This document shows, in pieces, positions 36,764 through 45,165 of a stretch of DNA of 64,000 nucleotides. The notes beneath the pieces are model-generated. The model worked only from the letters and a program-made list of their open reading frames with translations. It did no database searches and had not been told where the DNA came from. How positions within the stretch are numbered: the first letter of the stretch is position 1; the number at the start of each line of letters is the position of its first letter. The stretch lies in contig JALHPU010000001.1 in assembly GCA_022842325.1 (NCBI GenBank), positions 144,934-208,933 on the forward strand. The letters are read 5' to 3'. Position numbers and translations under genes: made by a program. Source of the DNA: Sulfuritalea sp. GTDB lineage: Bacteria > Pseudomonadota > Gammaproteobacteria > Burkholderiales > Rhodocyclaceae.

Positions 36764-37158
36764 AGCTCTAGCTTCCTTTTTTATGTCACGCCAATTCTTA
36801 TTTTGAACAACGCCGTTTTGATCGACATTGTGCCGACAAATCGAGGAGACAACAATGCCTCTGACATGCTGAATGGCAGGTTACTGCCATATATATGAAG
36901 GACCGCTCCTGGCCGGTAGGTTGAGGTCGACAATGGCCGGTTCGGAGCATCCAAGTCGCAAAGTCAGGATTTGGCTGACTGGCCGGTATGGAGAAATGCG
37001 ACTGGCCGGAATGGGCACATAGCGCCAGTCCGCGATACTGGATGCAACCACGATGGAGTTCCGAGGAACGGACCCTGACCAACTACCAAAGCGTCGCGCC
37101 GCCACTGCGTTGACGTGCCGAAAGTCGGCGCTGACAACACGGCACCAGTCGTGCGTCG

Positions 37159-39744
37159 CTAGGCCTTCCTGACCCGCATCGCCTCGGCCATCGAAATGTT
37201 CGGCCGATGGATGTAGAAGCCCTGCGCCAGATCGATGCCCTGCACGATCACCTGATCGAGCACCTCCTGGTCCTCGACATATTCGGCCACGGTGCGGATG
37301 CCGAGATCCTTGCTCAGCGTGACGATGCTGCGCACCAGCGCGCGGTCCTTCTCGCTGTGCTTCATGCCGAGGATGAAGTCGCCTTCGATCTTGAGGAAAT
37401 CGATCGGGAAGCGCTTGACGTAATGGAAGGACGAAAAGCCGGAACCGAAATCGTCGATCGCCAGCTTGAAGCCTTCGTTGCGCAGTGTGCCTATGAAGCG
37501 TTCCAGCAGCGCCATGTTCTTGATCGTCTCGCGTTCGGTGATCTCGAACACCAGCCGGGTCGGATCGATCTTGAACTGGCTGGCGATGCGCCGCGTCTGC
37601 TGGACGAAATCGTTGAGCACCAGCGCGCGCGGCGACATGTTGATGAACAGGTAGCCACCGTAGCCGGTCTGCTCCACCGCTTCCAGGGTCTTTTCCAGCT
37701 GGATGAAATCCAGCTTGTGCATGACGCCCATCTTTTCGGCGATGGCCACGTACTCGTCGGCGATGACATAACTGCCATCCTCCATGCGGATGCGCGAGAG
37801 GATCTCGATCGCCTCGACCTGGCCGCTGAGCACATTGACGATGGGCTGGAAGAAAGGCACCACGCTGCGCTTTTCGACCGCATTCAGGATCAGCATGCTC
37901 TTCTCGCCGAGGGTGCGGAAGACGTCGATCACGTCCTGCGCATCGGGTACCACCACACGATTCTTGCCCTCGGCCTTGGCCCGGTACATCATGTTGTCGG
38001 CGAACAGGAACAGGTCCTTCATGGCCTGCGCATGATCGGGATAGGTGGCCATGCCGATCGACACCGAGCCGCACATCACCGCACCGTCGGGCGCGGTCAT
38101 GCTCACCGCGGCGACCGATTCGATGATGCGCCGCGCCACCGCCTCGCCGGCTTTCAGATCGGTTTCCGGCAGGATCGCAACGAACTCGTCGCCGCCGTAG
38201 CGCGACAGCAGGTCGTCGTCGCGGATCGCCGCCTTGATGCCGCCGACCACCAGTTGCAACATCGAATCGCCGATGCCATGGCCGTAGGAATCGTTGATCG
38301 ACTTGAAGTTGTCGGCGTCGATCACCAGCAGGGTGAACTTGTTGCCATGGCGCGAGGAACGCAACACTTCGTTCTCGATCAGTTCCCAGAATACGCGCTG
38401 GTTGTAGAGGTTGGTCAGCGGGTCGCGCGTCGCGTAGTACTCGAGGTCCTTGGTGTATTTGTCGATCGCCTTGACCGAGCCGACCACGTTGAGCAGCGTG
38501 GTGAGGATGCTTTCCACCACCAGCAGGCGCATCGGGTCGGTCTCGAACTGCGGCTGCATGCCGATGCCGACGATGCCGCCGATCTTGGGCGCATCGACCA
38601 TCAGCGACTTGATCTGCACGTCGATGTCCTCCTCGCGCAATTCCGCGATGTTGCCGGCCATGTCGGCGATGTTGTGGCGGATGCGGATCGCCAGGCCGGC
38701 CTCGAAATGCTCGGCGCGCTGGAGGATGTGCTGCAGGCAGTTCTCGAATACCTGCCTGGTGGCTTCGGACGGCCGGGCGCGCCAGAAGATCTCCAGGTCG
38801 TAGGCCTCGTCGCTGATCTTGAACACCGAGAACATCACATAGGCCGGCACCACGCTGTCGATGTCGAGGATCAGGCGGCTGACGTAGGCCCGCCAGTCCT
38901 TGATCACCTCCGTGGTGAGGATGAATTTCTCGAGCAGCCGGATCTCGAATTCGAGCATGTCCTTGTCGACGGCAATGGTCCGTATGCGCTCGGTGAGTTG
39001 CCTCACTTCACTGGCCACGGCATCGAACTCGGCAAAGCCCAGGTCGGGCTGCCGGGCTTCCAGCGCGCGCAGGTCCGAGATGCGGTTCACCGCACGGATG
39101 CTCTTCGCCAGCGACTCGATCGGGCCTTCCAGGCGGCGACGGATGTAGAGCACCATCAGGAAAGTCACGATCAGCATCACCGGAATGATCGGGGCGAAGG
39201 CATAGCTGAAACGCGCGCGGTGCGATTCGATTGCGGCGCCGACGTTCTGCTGCACGTCGATCACACCCAGCACGTCGCCGACCGCGGCATTGACATGGCA
39301 CTTGAGGCAGACCTCCTGCGCGCGCAGGGGATACACCACGCGGATCAAGTCACCGGTTTCGAGATGCTGGCGATTGCCTTCCCTCAGCGCGCGCAGGATC
39401 TCGGCATCCGGGGTTTTCTGCGCGATCTCGCCGAACAGCGCGCTGACCTTGGGCCCACGATAGATGTCGATCTGGCGCTGGGTGTTATCGACGGATTTCT
39501 GGATGGCCCGCAGGTAGCCTTCGAGCTGCTGACGATTCCATCCGGTGCTCATCAGCTCGAACATGGCGTTGAAGGTCAGCTCGGCAAACACCGAGGCGTC
39601 CTCGACCGCATCGTCGCGTACCGAACGGTCGTAGATTCCCGAAACCACGAAAAGTGTCGTGGCAAATATCGCAATCGAGAAAACCGCGCCGGCAGCGAGC
39701 AGTAGTCCCTTGATGCTGCGGACAAGATTCATGTTTTGTTTCAA
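37159..39744 (-). CDS. Membrane-anchored sensor diguanylate cyclase/phosphodiesterase (periplasmic/HAMP-like N-terminus, GGDEF and EAL domains)
   Basis: GGDEF (RYGGDEF) and EAL (EAL...DDFGSG) motifs; 861 aa. Confidence 0.85.
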   Translation of the reverse strand: MKQNMNLVRSIKGLLLAAGAVFSIAIFATTLFVVSGIYDRSVRDDAVEDASVFAELTFNAMFELMSTGWNRQQLEGYLRAIQKSVDNTQRQIDIYRGPKVSALFGEIAQKTPDAEILRALREGNRQHLETGDLIRVVYPLRAQEVCLKCHVNAAVGDVLGVIDVQQNVGAAIESHRARFSYAFAPIIPVMLIVTFLMVLYIRRRLEGPIESLAKSIRAVNRISDLRALEARQPDLGFAEFDAVASEVRQLTERIRTIAVDKDMLEFEIRLLEKFILTTEVIKDWRAYVSRLILDIDSVVPAYVMFSVFKISDEAYDLEIFWRARPSEATRQVFENCLQHILQRAEHFEAGLAIRIRHNIADMAGNIAELREEDIDVQIKSLMVDAPKIGGIVGIGMQPQFETDPMRLLVVESILTTLLNVVGSVKAIDKYTKDLEYYATRDPLTNLYNQRVFWELIENEVLRSSRHGNKFTLLVIDADNFKSINDSYGHGIGDSMLQLVVGGIKAAIRDDDLLSRYGGDEFVAILPETDLKAGEAVARRIIESVAAVSMTAPDGAVMCGSVSIGMATYPDHAQAMKDLFLFADNMMYRAKAEGKNRVVVPDAQDVIDVFRTLGEKSMLILNAVEKRSVVPFFQPIVNVLSGQVEAIEILSRIRMEDGSYVIADEYVAIAEKMGVMHKLDFIQLEKTLEAVEQTGYGGYLFINMSPRALVLNDFVQQTRRIASQFKIDPTRLVFEITERETIKNMALLERFIGTLRNEGFKLAIDDFGSGFSSFHYVKRFPIDFLKIEGDFILGMKHSEKDRALVRSIVTLSKDLGIRTVAEYVEDQEVLDQVIVQGIDLAQGFYIHRPNISMAEAMRVRKA

Positions 39745-40092
39745 TGAATTACCAAGGAAGACCAGTCTAGGTTACGGCAACACGGAATGAGAACGTAAGC
39801 AATTTTAGTGCAAGCCCTGCGGGTAGAACTCTCTGACCAGCCCCTGCGGCCGCGCCACAAACCGGCCGCGACGCCTTGGCCCTGGCCAACAGCACGCTGA
39901 CTTCGTGACCCGCGCCATAGCGGTCGCGCACCTTGGCCGGAATCGGGCCGATGCAAAACCCGGCGGATTCATATCGCCGGGAACGCCGATACGCATTGCA
40001 CCACCCTGCAAATGGAATATTTTTTCCAGCATGCCGCAGCCTTGCTCCCGGCATTCTTTTCGATGCCGGCAACTGGTAAGATGGCCTTGATG

Positions 40093-40491
40093 ATGACATG
40101 GACACCCGACCTCAGCACCGGTGTACCAAGGCTCGACGAGCAGCACAGGGAGATTTTCCAGTGGCTCGCCGAATTGCAGAGCGCCACGGCCGACGAGCGA
40201 ACCTTGTTCGGGGTGTACGTCATTACCCGCTTGAAGCATTACATGCGCGAGCACTTCGCCACCGAGGAAGCAATGATGCGAGCCGCCGGCTACCCCGGTC
40301 TGGTTCAGCACATGGCGAAGCATGCGGAGTTTCGCGCCAAGCTCGAAGAACTCCAGCTGAAGTCGATCGCCCAGGACATTTCGGAAGATACCGTGAACTT
40401 TCTTACCGAATGGCTGACCCATCACATCGCCGAGACCGACATGGCATATGTGCCCTATCTCAAGCGGCCGGCGACCGGTGCAGAAAACTAG
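40093..40491 (+). CDS. Bacteriohemerythrin (hemerythrin-like metal-binding protein)
   Basis: MMTWTPDLSTGVPRLDEQHREIF...H..E...H motifs; start at ATG 40093 inside ORF 40012..40491. Confidence 0.8.
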   Translation: MTWTPDLSTGVPRLDEQHREIFQWLAELQSATADERTLFGVYVITRLKHYMREHFATEEAMMRAAGYPGLVQHMAKHAEFRAKLEELQLKSIAQDISEDTVNFLTEWLTHHIAETDMAYVPYLKRPATGAEN

Positions 40492-40533
40492 GCCTGCGTT
40501 GTACGCAAGCGGCCGACGATCCGTGATGAAGCC

Positions 40534-40971
40534 ATGAAACGGTTACGCTCCATCGGCGGTTTCGTGATGCTCCTGGCTGCGGCGGCGATCGCCTTTGGCC
40601 AGACCACGGAAGCAACCTCTGCCACGACGGGATTCGACTGCTGGATAGGCTCCAACGGCCCACCCCTGCATACGCGGTTCATCCGCTGCATGACGGACCG
40701 GGATTTGCCGCATGTCGAACTGAGCAACACCCAGACCGAAGAAGTGATGCACCTGCTGCATCAGGAATTTCACAGCAAGTCGGGGGCCGCTGCGGAAACC
40801 ATGTTCAAGGCAAACATCGAACTGATCCGGATGTCCCCCTCGGTGTGGAGCATCCGGATCTTTTCCTACCCGTCCGACTGGTCCTGGCAGGAAGGCACAC
40901 CGGAACGGCTGGTACGGGCGGTGCTTTGCCCCAGCGAGGGCAGCTGCACGGTGATGATCCGCAAGGACTAG
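40534..40971 (+). CDS. Secreted hypothetical protein (145 aa, 5 Cys)
   Basis: Cleavable signal peptide MKRLRSIGGFVMLLAAAAIAFG. Confidence 0.45.
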   Translation: MKRLRSIGGFVMLLAAAAIAFGQTTEATSATTGFDCWIGSNGPPLHTRFIRCMTDRDLPHVELSNTQTEEVMHLLHQEFHSKSGAAAETMFKANIELIRMSPSVWSIRIFSYPSDWSWQEGTPERLVRAVLCPSEGSCTVMIRKD

Positions 40972-41825
40972 TACAGGAGTTCGCTCCAGCGTCCGCTGGA
41001 GCGCAGCTTGGCGTGCAAGGAGGCCCAGTCCCGCGCCGAGCCGGCCAGCTCGACCATGGCCTTGTCGACCGCGGCGAGCATGTTTCCGGTGCCGGCGATG
41101 AAGACCCGGGTGTCGGGCCGCTGCAGCATCTCCCAGACCTCCGCCGCGTTCTGTTCCAGTGCCTCGTCCAATGTTGCCGGCGCATCGAAAGCCGGACGCG
41201 GGCTGACCGCCTGGAAGGCCTTGAAGGTGGGCTGGTCGAAGTAGTTGGCGAGGTCGTTGTTTTCGTCGTTCATGTAGAGCATTTCGAGCGGACTCCTGGC
41301 GCCGTAGAACAGCCGCACCTTGCCCTTCCAGCCGCCGATCTTTTCGTAGATCTGCCGGATCAGAGTGCGAAAGGGCGCGATGCCGGTGCCCATGCCGAGC
41401 ATCAGGATGTCGGCGTTCTTGTCCTCCGGGATCACGAACGGATAGCCCACCGGACCGGCGAACGCGAGTACGTCGTCGGGTCGCATGTCGCACAGGTAGT
41501 TCGAGGCGACACCCTTGTATTCCTCGCCGTTGAAATCATCGATGTAGGAGCAGCGCCGCACGCAGATGGCGAACTCGGTCGCATTGCCGCGCCGCTCGAG
41601 GTCCATGATCGAGTAGATGCGCGTGTGGTGGGCGTTGCCGAACTGGCCCGGCGCCATGACGCGAACGCAGTTGCCGACGGCGGCGTCGAAGGACAGGTCG
41701 TCGGTACGAAATACCAGATGTCGCACCTCCTCGCGCGAAGCGGGCGGTGTAATGCGGCGCGACTCGGTCAGGACCGCGGCATAGGTTTTGGCAGGGGGCG
41801 GTGAGGGTGGCTTCGAGATCTGCAT
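40968..41825 (-). CDS. fpr: Ferredoxin-NADP+ reductase (plant-type FNR)
   Basis: FAD-binding RIYSI and NAD(P)-binding GMGTGIAPF motifs. Confidence 0.8.
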   Translation of the reverse strand: MQISKPPSPPPAKTYAAVLTESRRITPPASREEVRHLVFRTDDLSFDAAVGNCVRVMAPGQFGNAHHTRIYSIMDLERRGNATEFAICVRRCSYIDDFNGEEYKGVASNYLCDMRPDDVLAFAGPVGYPFVIPEDKNADILMLGMGTGIAPFRTLIRQIYEKIGGWKGKVRLFYGARSPLEMLYMNDENNDLANYFDQPTFKAFQAVSPRPAFDAPATLDEALEQNAAEVWEMLQRPDTRVFIAGTGNMLAAVDKAMVELAGSARDWASLHAKLRSSGRWSELLY

Positions 41826-41849
41826 GGCATTGGCTCCGATAAAAGTTGA

Positions 41850-42062
41850 TCAGCGGCGAGGCGCGGCAGGCTGTGCGGCATCGGCGGCGCAGGACGCATC
41901 GCTGCAGCCGCTGCCGGCCGCGCAGCAGCCGCATTTGCTGTTGTCGCGAAAGGGACCGAGTTGCGGATTTCGTGCCGCAAATCGCTGATAGATGCGGTCG
42001 ACCAGAATCCCGCCGCAGAGGACGGCGAAGATGATGGCGATGGTGGTCAGATAGAGGCCCAT
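41850..42062 (-). CDS. Small membrane protein with Cys-rich tail (FeoB-associated Cys-rich membrane protein-like), 70 aa, distal gene of the rnf operon
   Basis: MGLYLTTIAIIFAVLCGGILV (TM) then ...NSKCGCCAAGSGCSDASC; start overlaps the rnfA stop. Confidence 0.45.
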   Translation of the reverse strand: MGLYLTTIAIIFAVLCGGILVDRIYQRFAARNPQLGPFRDNSKCGCCAAGSGCSDASCAADAAQPAAPRR

Positions 42063-42640
42063 CAGCCGCCCAGTCCGGCGAAGCCCATGAAGGACAGCGA
42101 CAGGATGCCCGCCAGCATCAGCGACAGGGCGGTGCCCTGCGCCAGATCGGGCACGTTGGACAATTGCAGGCGCTCGCGCACACTGGCCATCAGCACCAGC
42201 GCCAGGGTGAAGCCGGCACCACCGCCGATGCTGAAGGTGACCGACTGGATGAAGTCGTACTCGCGCGCGGTCTGGAACAGCGCGACGCCGAGCACGGCGC
42301 AATTGGTGGTGATCAACGGCAGGTAGATGCCCAGCGCGCGGAACAGTTTCGGGCTGTATTTCTTCAGCACCATCTCGACCAGTTGCACCGAGGAGGCGAT
42401 GATCACGATGTAGGAGATCAGGCGCAGGAACTCGAGGTGGAAGTAGCCCAGCAGCAGATTCAGGCCGTAGGCGCAAAGCGAGGCCACCAGCATCACAAAG
42501 GTGGTCGCCACACCCATCGGGAAGGCCGTATCGAGCCGCCCGGAGACGCCGAGGAAAGGGCACAGGCCGAGAAACATCGCCAGCACGAAATTGTTGGCGA
42601 GCAGCGCATTGATAAAAATCTGGAAGGCCGACTCATGCAT
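42062..42640 (-). CDS. rnfA: Rnf electron-transport complex subunit A
   Basis: RnfA/NqrE family six-TM protein. Confidence 0.9.
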   Translation of the reverse strand: MHESAFQIFINALLANNFVLAMFLGLCPFLGVSGRLDTAFPMGVATTFVMLVASLCAYGLNLLLGYFHLEFLRLISYIVIIASSVQLVEMVLKKYSPKLFRALGIYLPLITTNCAVLGVALFQTAREYDFIQSVTFSIGGGAGFTLALVLMASVRERLQLSNVPDLAQGTALSLMLAGILSLSFMGFAGLGG

Positions 42641-43283
42641 TTTGCGTCGCCTCCGTCAGTTTGGCTTGCTGCTTGCGCAACTTCCTGCGCTCGATCCAGG
42701 CGAACAGCAGCAGCCAGGCACCGAGCACGAAGAAGCCGCCCGGCGGCAGCACCATGATGACCCAGGGCTGGAAACCGGCACCGAACAGCCCGATGCCGAA
42801 CAAGGTACCGGCGCCGAGGATTTCGCGCACCACGCCCAGCGCCAGCAGGCCGATGACGAAGCCGATGCTCATGCCCAGCGCATTGATCATCGCCGGCAAC
42901 GGCGGATTCTTCGAGGCGTGGGCCTCGGCCCGGCCGAGGATGATGCAGTTCACCACGATCAGCTGGATGAAGGCGCCCAACGCATCGTAGAGCGTCAGGC
43001 TGATCGCCTGGATCGCGTAGTCGACCACGGTGACGAAGGTGGCAATGATCACGATGTAGACGGCGATGCGCACTTCCTTGGGCGTGAACTTGCGCATCAG
43101 CGACACCAGGCCGCAGGAGCAGACCAGCACGAACAGCGTCGCCAACCCCATCGACAGCGCATTCACGGCCGAGACCGTCACCGCCAGCGTCGGGCACATG
43201 CCGAGCACCATGACGAACACCGGGTTCTGGCGCCAGACGCCCTCCATGAATTCGTCCCAGGTCGCGACGGTGGACGGATTCAT
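42633..43283 (-). CDS. rnfE: Rnf complex subunit E
   Basis: RnfE/NqrD family; start at MNPSTVATW (ATG 43283) inside ORF 42633..43586. Confidence 0.9.
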   Translation of the reverse strand: MNPSTVATWDEFMEGVWRQNPVFVMVLGMCPTLAVTVSAVNALSMGLATLFVLVCSCGLVSLMRKFTPKEVRIAVYIVIIATFVTVVDYAIQAISLTLYDALGAFIQLIVVNCIILGRAEAHASKNPPLPAMINALGMSIGFVIGLLALGVVREILGAGTLFGIGLFGAGFQPWVIMVLPPGGFFVLGAWLLLFAWIERRKLRKQQAKLTEATQNA

Positions 43284-44020
43284 GATTTGCTCCCGAGCTT
43301 GTCGATGTTTGGAACCAGGCGCGGCAGCAAAGCCTGCGCCGAATCGTTGATGGCCTTGCCCACGGCGCGCGAAGTGATCGTCGCGCCGGCGATGGCGTCG
43401 ATCTGCCATGCGCTGGTCTTGGCGCCGTGCTTGACCGCCCTGACCTCGTTGGCCAGCGCCGACAGGTCGCCCTTGAGCTTGACGTCCAGCGCCGTGAAGT
43501 TGGCCAGGAAGTCCTTGTCGGTGATGATCTTGTCGCCGATGCCCGGCGTCTCGCGCATGGCCACCACGCCGATGCCGACCACGCACTGGCAGTCGGGCGA
43601 ATAGCCGAACATGATGCGCACCGTGTCGGCATAGCCTTTGGCGCCGCCCTCGGCGGCGATGCCGGCGAGCTTGCCATCCGCGTCGTAGGCGGCGAAGAAC
43701 TTGACCGCGCCGGGCGCGCTCGCCGTGTCGCCAGCGCCGACTCTTGGTTCGATGCCCCCACCGGGAAGTGCGACGTACTCGGCAATCGACTTCGCCGCCG
43801 GAATCACCTTGAACACCGCGCGCTCGGTAGCGATGCGCTTGTTGGCAGCGACCGCATCGTAGGTGCCCTGGTAGGCGCCGACGATGATCAGGCCGCAGAT
43901 CGCCGAGACCAGACCCAGGGTGCGGATCATGCCGACCGTCGGCGAGGCCGGCGGCGCAGCGCCAGGCGCGACCGCGATCGGGATCACCTTGTGTTCAGTG
44001 GGCTTGTCTGGCGTGTTCAT
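43280..44020 (-). CDS. rnfG: Rnf complex subunit G (FMN-binding)
   Basis: RnfG/NqrC FMN-binding domain (SGATITSRAV); start at MNTPDKP (ATG 44020). Confidence 0.85.
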   Translation of the reverse strand: MNTPDKPTEHKVIPIAVAPGAAPPASPTVGMIRTLGLVSAICGLIIVGAYQGTYDAVAANKRIATERAVFKVIPAAKSIAEYVALPGGGIEPRVGAGDTASAPGAVKFFAAYDADGKLAGIAAEGGAKGYADTVRIMFGYSPDCQCVVGIGVVAMRETPGIGDKIITDKDFLANFTALDVKLKGDLSALANEVRAVKHGAKTSAWQIDAIAGATITSRAVGKAINDSAQALLPRLVPNIDKLGSKS

Positions 44021-45165
44021 TTTTTCGGCTTCTTCGGCAGGAAGCGCTTCTTCGGCGTCACCGCGCCGGCTTCTTCGCGCGAGATGTAACCCGGGTTCAG
44101 CGGATAGGTGGCGCGCTTCCTGACGCGGTCGAGCACGCCGCGGCCGAAGGGCACCGGCTGGGTGATCTTCTCGATCAGCGGCGAGGCGGCATTGGCGATC
44201 AGGATCGCGTACATCACGCCTTCCGGCAGGCCGCTGTAGTAGCGGATCACCACCGTCAGGAGGCCGATCAGCGCGCCATACACCCACATGCCCTTGGGCG
44301 TCACCGGCGAGGTCGCCATGTCGGTCGCCATGTACACCGCACCGAGGATCAGGCCGCCGGAGAACAACATGAAGAAGGGATTCGGATAGCGCGTCGGATC
44401 GAACGCGAACAGCAGCCAGGCGGTCAGCGCCGCACTGCCGAGGATGGCCAGCGGAATGCGCCAGTCCATGAAGCGGCGCGCCGCAAGATAGGCGCCGCAG
44501 ACCAGGATCAGGACCGGCGCCGGACCCACCGCCATATGGCCGGAGAGCGATGTCAGCAGTTCGTCGGCATTGGCGATGACGCCATCGAACTTCCATTTCG
44601 CCAGCGGCGTCGCACCGGCCAGGGCATCGAGATTCTTCGCCTTGAGCCAGGTCGCGGTATCGGCCGGAATCATCAGCGGCCAGGCCAGCGTGGACGGAAT
44701 GAACTCGGTGAAGCGGCCGGCGAGGAAGGACGGCGTATAGGTGGCAATTGCCGTGGGAAACGCGGCCTGGACGAAGGCGCGGCCGACCAGCGCCGGGTTG
44801 AAAACATTGAAACCGATGCCGCCGAACAACGCCTTGCCCAGCGCGATGGCGACCATGCCGGCGACCGTGCCCATCCACAGCGGGAAGCCGGGCGGCAGCG
44901 TCAGCGCCAGCAGCAGGCCGGTGATCACGGCGGAGTAATCCGACAGGCGTCCGGCCTGCGTCCCGGTGCCGACGAAGAGGCGCTCGGTCAGCAGGCAGGC
45001 GGCAGTGACGACAAGGATCGATGCCAGCGCCGAGATTCCGTACTGGAAGACATAGAAGGCGCAGATCGGCAGCAGCGAGTACACCACGTGGCGCATGATG
45101 GTCTCGACGGTCTTCGCCGCCTGTACATGCGGCGCGGAACGGATTTCAATGAGCGGCTGGTTCAT
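44017..45165 (-). CDS. rnfD: Rnf complex subunit D
   Basis: RnfD/NqrB family; start at MNQPLIEIR (ATG 45165). Confidence 0.9.
   Translation of the reverse strand: MNQPLIEIRSAPHVQAAKTVETIMRHVVYSLLPICAFYVFQYGISALASILVVTAACLLTERLFVGTGTQAGRLSDYSAVITGLLLALTLPPGFPLWMGTVAGMVAIALGKALFGGIGFNVFNPALVGRAFVQAAFPTAIATYTPSFLAGRFTEFIPSTLAWPLMIPADTATWLKAKNLDALAGATPLAKWKFDGVIANADELLTSLSGHMAVGPAPVLILVCGAYLAARRFMDWRIPLAILGSAALTAWLLFAFDPTRYPNPFFMLFSGGLILGAVYMATDMATSPVTPKGMWVYGALIGLLTVVIRYYSGLPEGVMYAILIANAASPLIEKITQPVPFGRGVLDRVRKRATYPLNPGYISREEAGAVTPKKRFLPKKPKK

Noticed and set aside
29196-37158. Integron integrase (intI) or transposase flanking the cassette-like array
   Set aside because: No tyrosine-recombinase-like or DDE-transposase-like ORF on either side; both flanks are host-like genes (nhaP2, GGDEF-EAL)
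36881-38074. 397-aa minus-strand ORF reaching back toward the island
   Set aside because: High-GC out-of-frame overlap with the GGDEF-EAL gene (37159..39744); Arg/Gly-rich translation that is not integrase-like
37207-39705. 832-aa plus-strand ORF
   Set aside because: Antisense shadow of the GGDEF-EAL gene
39805-40425. 206-aa minus-strand ORF
   Set aside because: Antisense to the hemerythrin gene and overlapping its promoter; composition artefact
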